A DNA stretch of 62,290 bases, filler included, from Octopus bimaculoides (GCF_001194135.2; 4 parts of 4 records of this genome joined end to end with filler, not necessarily neighbours in it), one strand, 5' to 3'; shown: positions 26,340-38,664, counted from the whole stretch's first letter. The notes: generated by a model not told the origin, from the sequence alone. Translations and numbers: made by a program.

Positions 26340-26498
26340 TTGGCGATTCTTTCCTCCGTCTTCCCTTTCCCTTGGACTTGCCTCTGTCTCCTGCTCCTGA
26401 ATAAGAGCTCTGCTCGAAACATAAAACTACCTTTCTTTCCTTCCCCGAGCTTCTGTTAATACTTTGCATGTACCACGTCCTCGTATTGTTTTTCTTGT
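26340..26498 (+). mobile_element. Penelope-like pLTR fragment with degenerate hammerhead (26393-26427)
   Basis: GCTC CTGAATA A GAGC-tct-GCTC GAAA CA TA AAAC. The whole segment is homologous to the reverse complement of about 57360-57520. Confidence 0.55.
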
Positions 26499-27517
26499 NN
26501 NNNNNNNNNNNNNNNNNNNNNNNNNNNNNNNNNNNNNNNNNNTTAATTAATTAANNNNNNNNNNNNNNNNNNNNNNNNNNNNNNNNNNNNNNNNNNNNTA
26601 TATATATATATATGCATATATGGGTACAGGACATCAAAAACACGTAGACAGAATGAGAAACGAGAACATAACAAAACAAAAACATAGAAAACCAACTTTT
26701 CTTCAAACAACGAAAAATACAGAGAAACGTGAAATATCGCCATATATATCTATATACGTGATGCTAATATACATTTTTGTATACACACATATACGCAGTC
26801 CAATTTTGTGTACGTTTGTCATATACGCCACCCTACCTTCTTGCTTGCTTTCCTTCCTTCTCCCTTTCTTTCTCTATTTCTTTCTTCCCTCCCTCCTTTC
26901 TCTCCTTTCTTTCTTTCTTTCCTTCCTTCCTCGCGATAGCCACACTTCCTCTCTTTCTACATTAGTAACGTTCTTATCGATATGTTACCCTCCCCCTCTA
27001 CTTCATAGGTTAAGATACAATTTTTGTTACCAGCGCGTAATTTTTTCGTGCGCGAGCTTAACCGCGTGTATATGTGTATGTGGATACATATGCATTCATA
27101 CATATGTTTTTCTTTTGCAAATATATACCTATTTACGTAGATTGTCTGTACGTATGCATCTGTGTATTTTGATGCATATATATATATATATATATATGTA
27201 TATATGTTGTGGATAGTCTAGTATGCGTATATACTGTTGTAGTTTTATTTTTAATGCAGCGTATATTTTATTTTATTTGATTTTAATGTGTTAATTCGAA
27301 TATAATTAATTATTTACAATATGTATTTTGAGCCCATTTTCCTACTTAAGGTTTTCTTCGATTTTTTTAAATAGGATGAATCTATATTAAATTCATTTGT
27401 TTTGTTCATTGCGCACCCATGACTGTTATTTGAAACGACCAATGAAACAGATCTATGTGTTTCAAATTTTATATTAGTTTTGATTGCATTGTCATTCTTT
27501 TCCCATTTCTAACAAAA

Positions 27518-27555
27518 CTGTCCGATGAACGGGAACGTGAAGCTCCGAGTAACAG
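27518..27555 (+). ncRNA. Minimal type I hammerhead ribozyme, U4C core variant, inside a pLTR-like repeat (about 27490-27662) abutting (TA)n
   Basis: Helix I CTGT/ACAG, core CCGATGA, helix II ACG-GGAA-CGT, GAAG (GAAA variant), helix III CTC-C-GAG, cleavage site G-U-A. Confidence 0.65.
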
Positions 27556-27659
27556 CCTTTTGTTATATTTCTGCTGCTCTTAAATAAAGCATATTATTCT
27601 ACCTCTGATATTTGAGTACCCTTTCTTCCACCTTGTTGCACATTTTATGTGCTTATTCC

Positions 27660-27707
<48 letters not shown>

Positions 27708-27808
27708 AATAAAACGAATGGTTTACACCTGGCAGCTTACAGGTAAAGCACAATCACTTTCACAGTGATCGTTATGTATATGGAAAATGAAAGACGGAAG
27801 ATGAAGTC

Positions 27809-28809
27809 TACGAGAATTTATTAATCCCGACAATTGTTTCGACACATCAAGCATCGATCCCTCAGGAGTGGGACACTCAACAATTTGTTGACGAGCACTC
27901 GGTGGTACAGATGTATCTCATCGAGTGATAAATAGGCACAACTCATTAAAGTAACAGTTCCGCAATGTAACTTCTCGATTTATAGAAAGAAAAGCAGACA
28001 GACGGAAGAAATATCTTCATTGACATAGAAGATCAAAAATAAAATCACAGGTGGAAAAAAGAGAAACGAACACGCAATCCAGCGAGAAAAGTATTAAAAA
28101 TAACCGTTGACAAATATGAATGTGCAAACGCCTTCGGGCAAGCTGCATGGTGCGAGTGCATTCGCTCATACTAGCATCCGCGAAAATGTGAGCATACGCA
28201 CACGTGAGGTTTGGTGCACTCATGCTCACAAAGCGAGTTAACTAACTACTTGGTGTTTGTAAGAATGGAGACGTTAACAGTAAACGTAAATCATACATAC
28301 CTCAAATTAAATTATGTTAACGGTCACTCAAAATTCATTCCCATTACATTGTGCGAAAGTAAATTTATATGCGTATAGGAATCACGAGAGTCTTTCAGAA
28401 ATTCTATTAATGATCTCATTAGTCCCCAGAATGGACAGGGGCTCCTCAGAATAGAGACGGAATCTCTTGGAAATCATATTGTATGGTTTCGTGTACCTTA
28501 CTATGGGCCAAGTTATGGTGTACTTTATTTTATCCTCCTTCTGTCGCCGAACAAAATCGGCCAAAGATGTTGAATGTCTCTCATTGATTGTCTTCAAGCT
28601 GGCAACATGGTCACGATAACGATTCTTAAATGAGTCAGCTGTCTTTCTACATAATTGCAGAACTTATTTTAACGAGTTGTATCTATTTATCACTCGATGA
28701 GATACATTTACACCGCCGGATGCTTCTGAACCCGTTGCTGAGTGTCTCACCCGTGAGGGATCGATGCTAGATGTATCGAAACAATTGTCGTGATTAATAA
28801 ATTCTCGTA
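27809..28809 (-). mobile_element. 5'-truncated Penelope-like element with inverted pseudo-LTRs
   Basis: 27809-28003 and 28634-28809 are inverted copies (about 80% by eye) enclosing a Penelope C-terminal coding remnant. Confidence 0.75.
28330..28620 (-). pseudogene. Penelope-like ORF C-terminal remnant (region downstream of the GIY-YIG motif)
   Basis: HSTSLADFVRRQKEDKIKYTITWPIVRYTKPYNMISKRFRLYSEEPLSIL...IINRISERLS matches the PLE pattern T.LS..IW.LK.....Y.I.W.I.....PY...SKRC.LC..EK..I....LN.RSEL. Confidence 0.75.
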
Positions 28810-28854
28810 TATTCTATCTTCCGTCTTTCATTTGCCATATATATATATATATAT

Positions 28855-29055
28855 ATGTGTGTATGTGTGTGCTTGAGTTTGTCCCCACCACCACTTAACA
28901 ACGGGGTTCGTTTGTTTATGCTTTTCTGACCTAGACCTAATGGTTTGGCAAAAGAGATCGGTAGTACATGAGTCAATTCGTTCGGCTAAAACCCTTCAAG
29001 GCGGTGCCCAAGCACAGCCGTAGTTTAATGATTGAACCAAGTAAAAGATAAAAGA
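28855..29055 (+). mobile_element. SINE family B, 3' half
   Basis: tttgtccccaccacc...aaggcggtgcccaagcacagccgtagt..aatgattgaaccaagtaaaagataaaaga. Confidence 0.8.
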
Positions 29056-30261
29056 ATATGATAAATTAAAAATCGTTAGCAATTGGTTTCACACTTTCCC
29101 TAATATTTCTACTTGTTTGTGTCTTAGTTTTAACTGTCCAAACGAAATTCGCCAGTAATTTTTTTCTACTAAACTCCTTCATTTTCTCATCCTCGATAAT
29201 GTGTTTCACACTCCTCGACCGACACTAACCACTGTGTCCAGCCTATGGATTTCCATTTCTGTCCACACTTTGCCACTTCCGGCTTCGACTTGAAGACTCT
29301 TAAACTAAACATCAACCGTAGCAATCAAAGCAGTCTGGGATGGCTAGTAAATTTCAGCCTTTCACCTGATAAATTTACTTTCTCTTTTACCTTATAAATC
29401 CATGAAAAATGTGTTTATCCTAGATATAATGCAAAACACCAATGGTAGAACTCGAACTGCTCAGCTCTTCGACTAGATTCAGCCAGTTGCAGCACTTATT
29501 CCTTTACTTAAAGTTGATTTAAATCTCTTGAAACTACTTAAAGACCTCATCTGCCCATCCTGCACCATCACCACCATCTCGACCATCTCCACCCCCACCA
29601 TCTCGACTGTCTTCACCGCCACCTCTCTCTTTCTTCTAACTGACGTCCTCACTTTACACACTCACCCATTTACAATGCCTTCGTTCATGATCGTCTGCTA
29701 TTTGGTGATTAATTACTCGCATTGCCTGCAGGATTAACATCTCGTTACAGTGCTGTTTTATTTTGAAATACGTTAAATAACGTCATTTGTGAAGAGATTG
29801 TGAAATATTAATGCCTGTTTACTGATCTATAATATCATTAAACTAATGTTGCTGAGGTGGTGGCGAAATGTCACTGCAGCAGCCGTCAATAACTGACCTT
29901 TTCATCTCAAGTGAAAACCCAGAAAGACTAGTCGTCGGCATTTCAGTTCTAAAGACTAGTAGTATTTCTCAAAATCTCTAACTCATAACACGTACAAATA
30001 TACATTAGACTGAATGGATTTTTAATAAGTATTTCATAATTATCGATACATAATTAATGAATGTTCCCATCACACATTGGTGTGAGTAACAGGATTGACA
30101 CTTCACAAATGCACTTTTTCCTTATATTCTGATTAGAACGTTTACTTTCTTTCTTTCTTCCTTCATTACGAAGCAAAAATTAACGAAAAGTCGATAAACA
30201 ATTAAAAGGTATTTCTAGTTTCATTGCACTTTACCATCAAAATACACAACGTTCGAGCTCA

Positions 30262-30319
<58 letters not shown>

Positions 30320-30339
30320 GCTACTGCTGCTAGCAGCGT

Positions 30340-30490
30340 TCTTCGTTGTATTTCTTCCAGCTTTACGGTTTGAGTTCAAATCCCGCCAAAGTCAACCTTG
30401 CCTTCCCTCCTCTCGGGAGTCGATAAAATGAGTACCAGTTGAGCACTGGGGTTGATGTAATCGACTAGACCCTCCCCTCAAATTTTTCTG
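30340..30490 (+). mobile_element. SINE family A copy
   Basis: tgagttcaaatcccgccaaagtcaaccttgcc...gtcgataaaatgagtaccagttgagcactggggttgatgtaatcgactag. Confidence 0.85.
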
Positions 30491-30787
30491 TTTAGTATCT
30501 ACATAAGTAACAGAACTGGTTGAGAAAATTCTTTAAGATATCTGTCAATGCTCTTCACATTCGAATTGCAATCACGCCGTGGTAGACTTTGCTAATCATC
30601 CTTTTGGGAAGATGAAATAAAATACAAGGCCAGTAATGGGATAGATTTGATCGACTAAAACCTTCATCGTAGTGCGACAACATGGTCGCCATCCAATGAC
30701 TAAATCTGTAAAAGAATAAAAGAAAATAATGTTTTATTTGTAATGGAGGATGTGTGGATTTCTATCTGTGTGCATGGGCTGTGTGTG

Positions 30788-31010
30788 TTATCTTTCTTTC
30801 ATGTTTCGTGTCAGTCATTAGACTGCGGCCATGCTAGGACACCGCCTCAAAAAATTTAGTTGAACAAATCGATCCCGGTGCTGTTTATTTTAAAGTCTGG
30901 TACTTACTCTAGCACTCACATTTGCCGAAGACTTACAGGGGCGTAAACAAACCAACACCAGGTGTGCCATGCTGTAGTGAGGAACAACCACGAACACAAA
31001 GACATACTTA
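30788..31010 (-). mobile_element. SINE family B, 3' half (runs into gap)
   Basis: cagtcattagactgcggccatgctaggacaccgcct... Confidence 0.8.
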
Positions 31011-31413
31011 TATATATATATATATATATNNNNNNNNNNNNNNNNNNNNNNNNNNNNNNNNNNNNNNNNNNNNNNNNNNNNNNNNNNNNNNNNNNNNNNN
31101 NNNNNNNNNNNNNNNNNNNNNNNNNNNNNNNNNNNNNNNNNNNNNNNNNNNNNNNNNNNNNNNNNNNNNNNNNNNNNNNNNNNNNNNNNNNNNNNNNNNN
31201 NNNNNNNNNNNNNNNNNNNNNNNNNNNNNNNNNNNNNNNNNNNNNNNNNNNNNNNNNNNNNNNNNNNNNNNNNNNNNNNNNNNNNNNNNNNNNNNNNNNN
31301 NNNNNNNNNNNNNNNNNNNNNNNNNNNNNNNNNNNNNNNNNNNNNNNNNNNNNNNNNNNNNNNNNNNNNNNNNNNNNNNNNNNNNNNNNNNNNNNNNNNN
31401 NNNNNNNNNNNNN

Positions 31414-31477
<64 letters not shown>

Positions 31478-31699
31478 GTGTGTGTGTGTAATTGTGTAGC
31501 GTAAAATGAGGTATCGAGTTGCGGCATTTGACGACAAATAAGTAAAACATAGCCATTCGATAAATAGAGACCGTCCGATTAATTCAGTCCCAGACTAAAT
31601 CCTCGTAAAGGTTGATATGAATGATTAAACCATCTAAGGGTGTACAACAATCTGGCAGCAACCCATTGAGAGAAACCTTTTAAATAATGGTCGACGGTT

Positions 31700-31908
31700 G
31701 AGGTAGAAAGCCCAATAAGCCAACAATTCTAACGGGAAGTGGTTAGTCAATCACATCGATTCCCAACACTTGATCAACAACTTAGTTTATCGACTTTGGT
31801 TGCATTACAAGCAAACATGACCCCGTTGGGATTCGAACACGAAATGTAAAAAAGCTGAAACAAATACCGCAGGGCAATTTTTCTGACGCGATAGCGATTC
31901 TGCCAATC
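31700..31908 (-). mobile_element. SINE family A copy, old
   Basis: tagtcaatcacatcgat...gggattcgaacacgaaatgta...taccgc...gatagcgattctgcc. Confidence 0.6.
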
Positions 31909-31952
31909 AGAATAAAATTATAGGCGTGTTTGCTTAAAAGAGCATCTTAGCG

Positions 31953-32350
31953 TTTATCTTTCACTTGTTTCAGTCATTAGACTGCGGCCATACTGGGGCA
32001 CTACAATGAAGAAGCTTTAGTCGAATGAATCGGGCCAAGGACTTATTTTTTTGCAAAACCTAGGACTTATTCTATCGGTTCTATTGTCGAACTGCAAGTT
32101 TACGAGGACGTAAACATACCAACACCAGTCGTCAAGCGGTGCTGGACGACAAACGCGGCCGCACGGCCACAAAGACAAAGAGACACACACATAGATGTTA
32201 GATACACGACGGGCTTCTTTTAGTTTCCGTCTACCAAATCCACTCACAGAGGCTATAGTAGAAGACATCTGCCCACGGTGCCACGGAATGGAACCGAACT
32301 CAGAGCCATGTGGTTGGGGAACAAGATTCTTACCACTCCGCTTCACCTGT
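31953..32350 (-). mobile_element. SINE family B, near full length
   Basis: All family B blocks present in order. Confidence 0.85.
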
Positions 32351-32728
32351 GTACAATTCCCATAGATTTCTGATTTCAAGAATCATTTTTTCGCATCTGC
32401 TGACGGTCAGCCTTGAGGTTCCCCCGACGTTTACACTCCTTATAATGATGGCATCTGTAATAGTTGCATTGAACACATATTTTTTCAAGGCAGTTGTTAC
32501 AACTGTCATGTCAGCAATGTTTAAAAAATACATGGTTTATGTCATCGAGTCACATGTCAAATTGTATTGGTGCGCTAGAGGCCCAGTGGGTAGTGTTTAG
32601 ACATGCGAAAGTGCAGATGGAGCCACCCACTGCGATAATCCTGCTCAGGAAATCACTGTTTATCTGAAGAAATATCATTTAAACGTTGACAGTATACACA
32701 CATAAGTACATGAGTACATACATACATG

Positions 32729-32834
<106 letters not shown>

Positions 32835-33844
32835 TATATATACATATACAAATATACATTCATATGTATGTAGGTATATATGCGTGTAAATATATATCAT
32901 GGACTCTTCTGTCATAGACCACAGATGANNNNNNNNNNNNNNNNNNNNNNNNNNNNNNNNNNNNNNNNNNNNNNNNNNNNNNNNNNNNNNNNNNNNNNNN
33001 NNNNNNNNNNNNNNNNNNNNNNNNNNNNNNNNNNNNNNNNNNNNNNNNNNNNNNNNNNNNNNNNNNNNNNNNNNNNNNNNNNNNNNNNNNNNNNNNNNNN
33101 NNNNNNNNNNNNNNNNNNNNNNNNNNNNNNNNNNNNNNNNNNNNNNNNNNNNNNNNNNNNNNNNNNNNNNNNNNNNNNNNNNNNNNNNNNNNNNNNNNNN
33201 NNNNNNNNNNNNNNNNNNNNNNNNNNNNNNNNNNNNNNNNNNNNNNNNNNNNNNNNNNNNNNNNNNNNNNNNNNNNNNNNNNNNNNNNNNNNNNNNNNNN
33301 NNNNNNNNNNNNNNNNNNNNNNNNNNNNNNNNNNNNNNNNNNNNNNNNNNNNNNNNNNNNNNNNNNNNNNNNNNNNNNNNNNNNNNNNNNNNNNNNNNNN
33401 NNNNNNNNNNNNNNNNNNNNNNNNNNNNNNNNNNNNNNNNNNNNNNNNNNNNNNNNNNNNNNNNNNNNNNNNNNNNNNNNNNNNNNNNNNNNNNNNNNNN
33501 NNNNNNNNNNNNNNNNNNNNNNNNNNNNNATATATATATATATACAAACACATTAACATACATACATATATGCATACATACACGCACGCACGCTCACACA
33601 GTCATGCACACACATACACACACATTCAGGCACACAGACACACACACAACCATACGCACACAGATACACGTACGTACATATATATTTAGATATATGCGTC
33701 AGTAGCCAACAGGAAGTACTATTCTATTCTAGTTAGTTGAAAAAGTATTTCTTTAATGGCGTAAACGCCATTAAATTGATAGTCTAGTACCAAAGGTTTA
33801 ACATCAATGTAGTCATGAAACTACAAGAAGTTAATATAAATTCT

Positions 33845-34113
33845 AAGTGTCTGTGAGGTAAAAGGTTTGCTTCCCAACAATATAGTTCCGTCCCTCCGCG
33901 CGACCCCTTCGGCAAGCATATTCTACTATACACACTTGCCGACCAAAGCCTTGGAAGTGAATTTGGTAGAAGAAAATTGAAAGAAGCTCGTCGTATATAT
34001 ACATATACATATGTGTGTGTTTGCCTGTGTGATAGTGCCTGTGTTTACCCACACCCACCTCTTGACAACTGGTGATGGTGTGTTTACGCCCCCGTAACTT
34101 AAAGGTTGTCGGC
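33845..34113 (+). mobile_element. SINE family B, 5' two-thirds
   Basis: gtgaggtaaaaggtttgcttcccaac...ttctactata...gccgaccaaagcctt...gaaagaagctcgtcgtata. Confidence 0.8.
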
Positions 34114-34129
34114 TTCATGTTTCACAAGA

Positions 34130-34300
34130 ATCACGATCATGTATCTGCCTGAGCGTTGTTCATTGAATCTTCGAAATATAGGTCTTTCATGAGTTCCTTG
34201 ATTTGTGGTTCATCGAAAATATTGGAATATGCCTTGAATTGGGTCTAGTATTGCAGGCCAGTTCTCATCAAAGACGTTTTAGATTTAACGCATTCCAGAT
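34130..34300 (-). pseudogene. Possible Chapaev3-like (CMC) transposase remnant
   Basis: Minus strand NIFDEPQIKELMKDLYFEDSMNNAQADT* resembles GIFDGPQIR.L.KD..F..SMN..E..AW as I recall it from Chapaev3-type transposases. Short match only. Confidence 0.4.
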
Positions 34301-34851
34301 ATGACATTTCTCAATATATTTTTCCACATAATCTAGATAGGCTTGCATTAAGCGATGAGTGTAATTTCATGGTCATTTGGTTGAAATTTATAGCAAATCA
34401 AGCGAACGCGCGAAAAAAATTATACGTTGGCTTTAATTGCTGCTGTTAACAGCCCTGATCGAAAGACTTAGGATCAAAATTTGCTCTAACCGTGAACATC
34501 GTATCGCTTTACTTAGCCCTCATCCAATATGATTTTGCTTTCATAAGACTGTTTGAAAGATATTTAGGTGCTATTTTTAGTGGGTCCAGCGATCGTTTAG
34601 TGCTTGTCTCGTAGACTCATCATTGGGGATCAGTTAACTGACTGCGGTTAAGGAAACACTGTTGTTCTTTCACATGAACGGATCGGTTCCGCTTTTAATT
34701 GAAATATTACATACTTGTATCCGTTGACACACACTGATATTTCATGACAGAAACTGTATCACCCACTTTACTACTACTCTAGAAAACACCACGAATGGTT
34801 TCTATTTCCCTTCTCCTAAATACTAACAGATTTTCTACTTTGACAACTATA

Positions 34852-34894
<43 letters not shown>

Positions 34895-34922
34895 GCGTGT
34901 GTGTATAGATACATACACACAC

Positions 34923-34964
<42 letters not shown>

Positions 34965-35050
34965 ATATACGCATATATATATGTATATATATGCATATAC
35001 ACATATACACACAGCCTTGGTTTTTTTTATCTCATTAGGAAAAGTAAATC

Positions 35051-35086
<36 letters not shown>

Positions 35087-36119
35087 NNNNNNNNNNNNNN
35101 NNNNNNNNNNNNNNNNNNNNNNNNNNNNNNNNNNNNNNNNNNNNNNNNNNNNNNNNNNNNNNNNNNNNNNNNNNNNNNNNNNNNNNNNNNNNNNNNNNNN
35201 NNNNNNNNNNNNNNNNNNNNNNNNNNNNNNNNNNNATATATATGTACATATATATGTATATACATTATGTGTATATATATATGCATATATATATATGTGT
35301 ATGTATATATATATATATGTGTGTGTGTATATATATATATGTATATATAAACATATATTTATATACATGCATACATGCATACTCTCACACATATGCATTC
35401 ACACACACACACACACATATATATGGTTCGGAAGTTTGAAGTATATGTATATTTTTTCAAAATTAATAGATGACTTATTTACGCTTCCTTTACTGTGACC
35501 AACAGATGAACGCATCTTCCATATGGAAATTATTAAAAAAGTTGAATCATGGATCAAGCGACGGTTGCGAAGACATGTTGGCCTTTTTGAGTTCCTTGGG
35601 TTTAATTGATGCGGATTTGCGTTGCAGAGTTGACGATGCGTCTGGTAATGGTTGAATGATAGATATAGATGTAGGGTTTTCTTTTTATCTGTATATCTCG
35701 TTAAATTAGCCAGTTATTTTAAATCTTGCTTGAGGAAGTATATGTTTAGCCACTAACGTCTGAAACTGAAGAAGAATGTCCAAAAGAAGAAATTGATTTA
35801 ACAAACTTACTCAAAATATAAAATATCAGTCTCCTATCTTAATGCACCGAGTTTTTATATCGTAGGTTTTTTTTAAATCATATTTTTTGTTGCCATGTCA
35901 ATCCGAGAAGGAAGCGGAACAGCAATGCCTGAAAACATCAGAATCCCGAGTGAAACTGGGGCAAATTATACTCAAAGCTTGGCGTAAACATATTGGATAC
36001 ATACGTACAAGAAGTCATAAGAGTCATACACTCATGCGAACATAGATCTGAAGACCACTATGTGTGTATGTGTGTGTATGTGTGTGTGTGTATGTGTGTG
36101 TGTGTATGTGTGTGTGTGT

Positions 36120-36185
<66 letters not shown>

Positions 36186-36201
36186 TATACATATATATAT
36201 A

Positions 36202-36909
36202 CACAGACATGCAGGAGTAAATAGACACCTTTAATTTTCAAAATCTTTTATTTAATACGCAAAGCGAACAATTGAAATGTAATCGATAGGCAGGACTACA
36301 TACCTTAGTATTTAGTTGCCATTCCCTTTGCAATTTTTAATTCAGAAACTCTTTTTGGCATTGAACTGATGAGCTTTGTGATTGTCTCTTGTGAAATTTC
36401 TGCCCGCTTTTCACGCAACAATCGAAACAATTCATCTTTAGATTTAGGTTTCTGTCGAGGTTTTCGTATAGCTCTGTCTAGCATGCTCCAAAGATTTTCA
36501 ATTGGGTTCATGTCAGGAGATTGGCTCGGCCAAGAAAGCTTTTTGATCCCATTTACAGTCAACCATTGTTGATTCCTTTTCGCTTTTGATACCTTTTCGT
36601 CCCATCTGTGAATAAAAACTCATTTTTCGTTATGTTATCGTGTGAATACATCGGAAGTAGTCCTTGCTTAAGTATGTCGATGTATTTTTCAGAGTTTATG
36701 GTTGCAACACATTCGATCAACTCAGAACGACCATTGCTGGTGACAGCTCCCATACCATTACAGAGACATCGCTATGTTTCAAAGTTGGTTGGAGTCGTTT
36801 CAAATCAAATTCTTCATTGGGAATCCTCCAGACCCCAAACGCGTCCACTGTCTGGAAATAGTGCACATCTGAAAATTAAAGGTGTCTATTTACTTCCTGC
36901 ATGTCTGTG
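36202..36909 (-). mobile_element. Internally deleted Tc1-type (DD34E) transposon with about 40-bp TIRs and TA target duplication
   Basis: TIRs cacagacatgcagga(a)gtaaatagacacctttaattttca at both ends (1 indel), flanked by TA. Internal frames read VSVMVWGAVTSNG...INSEKYIDIL and WPSQSPDMNPIENLW...LISSMPKRV...KG..TKY. Confidence 0.92.
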
Positions 36910-36977
36910 TATATATATATATGTATAATACACAGACACACAGACACACACAGACACAGATACACACACACACACAC

Positions 36978-37136
36978 ATAGTGGTCTTTCCTCTACGAAA
37001 CTCATTCACAAGGCACTGGTCGACCAGAGCTATTGTAAAGACTAGAAGATACTTGCCCAAGGTGCTGCGCAATGGGACTGAACCCGAAACTATGTGGTTT
37101 GGAAAGCAAGTCTTTGAACCGCATAGCCATGCCTGG
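36978..37136 (-). mobile_element. SINE family B, 5' half
   Basis: gaagatacttgcccaaggtgctgcgcaatgggactgaacccgaaactatgtggtttggaaagcaag. Confidence 0.8.
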
Positions 37137-37651
37137 AATGTGTTACGCATTTATATATGTATGTATAGGAACAATTAAAAATAAATAAATCGCCTTTGTT
37201 GGTTTCTGTGTGTATTGGCTGTGTCTCTGTATATAAGCACAGTAAAGTAATTTGCACTCTTGAATATGTTAGTATGCTGCTTGGTGTGGCGCATGTTTGG
37301 TTTATGAGTAAGTGTGTGATTTTGAGAGTGCATGAATAATTGGTTAATCTTAGGGGATTTAAATATACTAAATATATACGAACAGAGTATGGGCTTGTGT
37401 AAGAATGTCCGTGCAGAAGAGATTAAAATGGTGAACTATGACTATATAGAAACAGTATTGTATAATGCTTATTAATCATTTGTTTATTTAATCTCTGTAA
37501 TTAACGCTTTTCAAATGATTAAAGATTAAGTCAAAGAATCACTTCTTGAAGTAATAAATGTTTAAACATTCACCTCAAACCCAATTTAATGATATAACTG
37601 CATTATGTATATAAATGCTGATCTAATATAACATTGAATCTATTAGTAATA

Positions 37652-37875
37652 GATTTCAAATTTTGGCACAAAGCCAGCAATATATTTTTTTTGTGGGGAG
37701 ATAGGTCGATTACAACTACTCCAGTGGTCAACTGGTACCTATTTTATGAACCCCAAAAATATGCAATGCAAAGTCGATCCTGGCAGAATTTAATCTCAGA
37801 ACATAAAGACAGACGAAATGCCGCTAAGCATGTTGCCCGGCGTGCTAACGATTTTTCCAACTTGCCTCCTTTAAT
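37652..37875 (-). mobile_element. SINE family A copy
   Basis: Family A blocks in order. Confidence 0.8.
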
Positions 37876-38202
37876 AAGCTAGTAGTTAATAGTTGCAATC
37901 AATACATAAATGAAATTCAAGCCAAGTACATATATCGTTCGATTCGTAATATAACTATAATACTAACCCTTTCACTGCGAAATCAAATTTCATGGATATT
38001 CCAGTAATGATGTTACATATCTACCAAAAATAGAAGTGGTATTTTCTACCAGTCACGTTGCTCAATAAACTTGACATTTCGAACATGACATTTCTAAGCA
38101 AAAGATAGATTGGTGAGCAAAACTGCTTTCCGCAGTAAAAGGTTTAAGCAATTATTTATATCTGCTCATTGTTACACTTAAACAAGCACACAATAAATAT
38201 TA

Positions 38203-38593
38203 CTCTTTTATTTGTTTCTGTCATTTGACTGTGGCCATGCTGGAGCACCGCCTTTATTCGAGCAAATCGACCCCAGGACTTATACTTTGGAAGCCTAGTA
38301 CTTATTCTATCGGTCTCTTTTGCCGAACCGCTAAGTTACGGGGACGTAAACACACCAGCATCGGTTGTCAAGCGATGTTGGGGGAGGGGGGACAAACACA
38401 GACACACATGCATATATATACGTATATACAACAGGCTTCTTTCAGTTTCCGTCTACCAAATCCACTCATAAGGCTTTGGTCGGCCAGAGGCTATAGTAGA
38501 AGACACATGCCCAAGGTGCCACACAGTGGGACTGAACCCGGGACCATGTGGTCGGTAGCAAGATTCTTACCACACAGCCACTCCTACGCCTAT
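38203..38593 (-). mobile_element. SINE family B, best-preserved copy (tRNA head plus CORE-like CCTTGGGCA segment)
   Basis: Minus strand starts GGCGTAGGAGTGGCTGTGTGGTAAG (A box), then CCGGGTTCAGTCCC (B box), then GGCACCTTGGGCATGTGTCTTCTACTATAGCC. Confidence 0.9.
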
Positions 38594-38664
38594 TTAGTTA
38601 AAAATAATTTTTTCTACTAGAGAAAGATTTTTTTCTTTCTATAGTAGAAAGAATTATTTTTGAA

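Noticed and set aside
26543-26554. TTAATTAATTAA isolated between N runs (also 43549-43560 and 56948-56959)
   Set aside because: An identical 12-mer with stops in all six frames, centred in equal-sized N blocks, indicates an assembly or scaffolding linker rather than biology.
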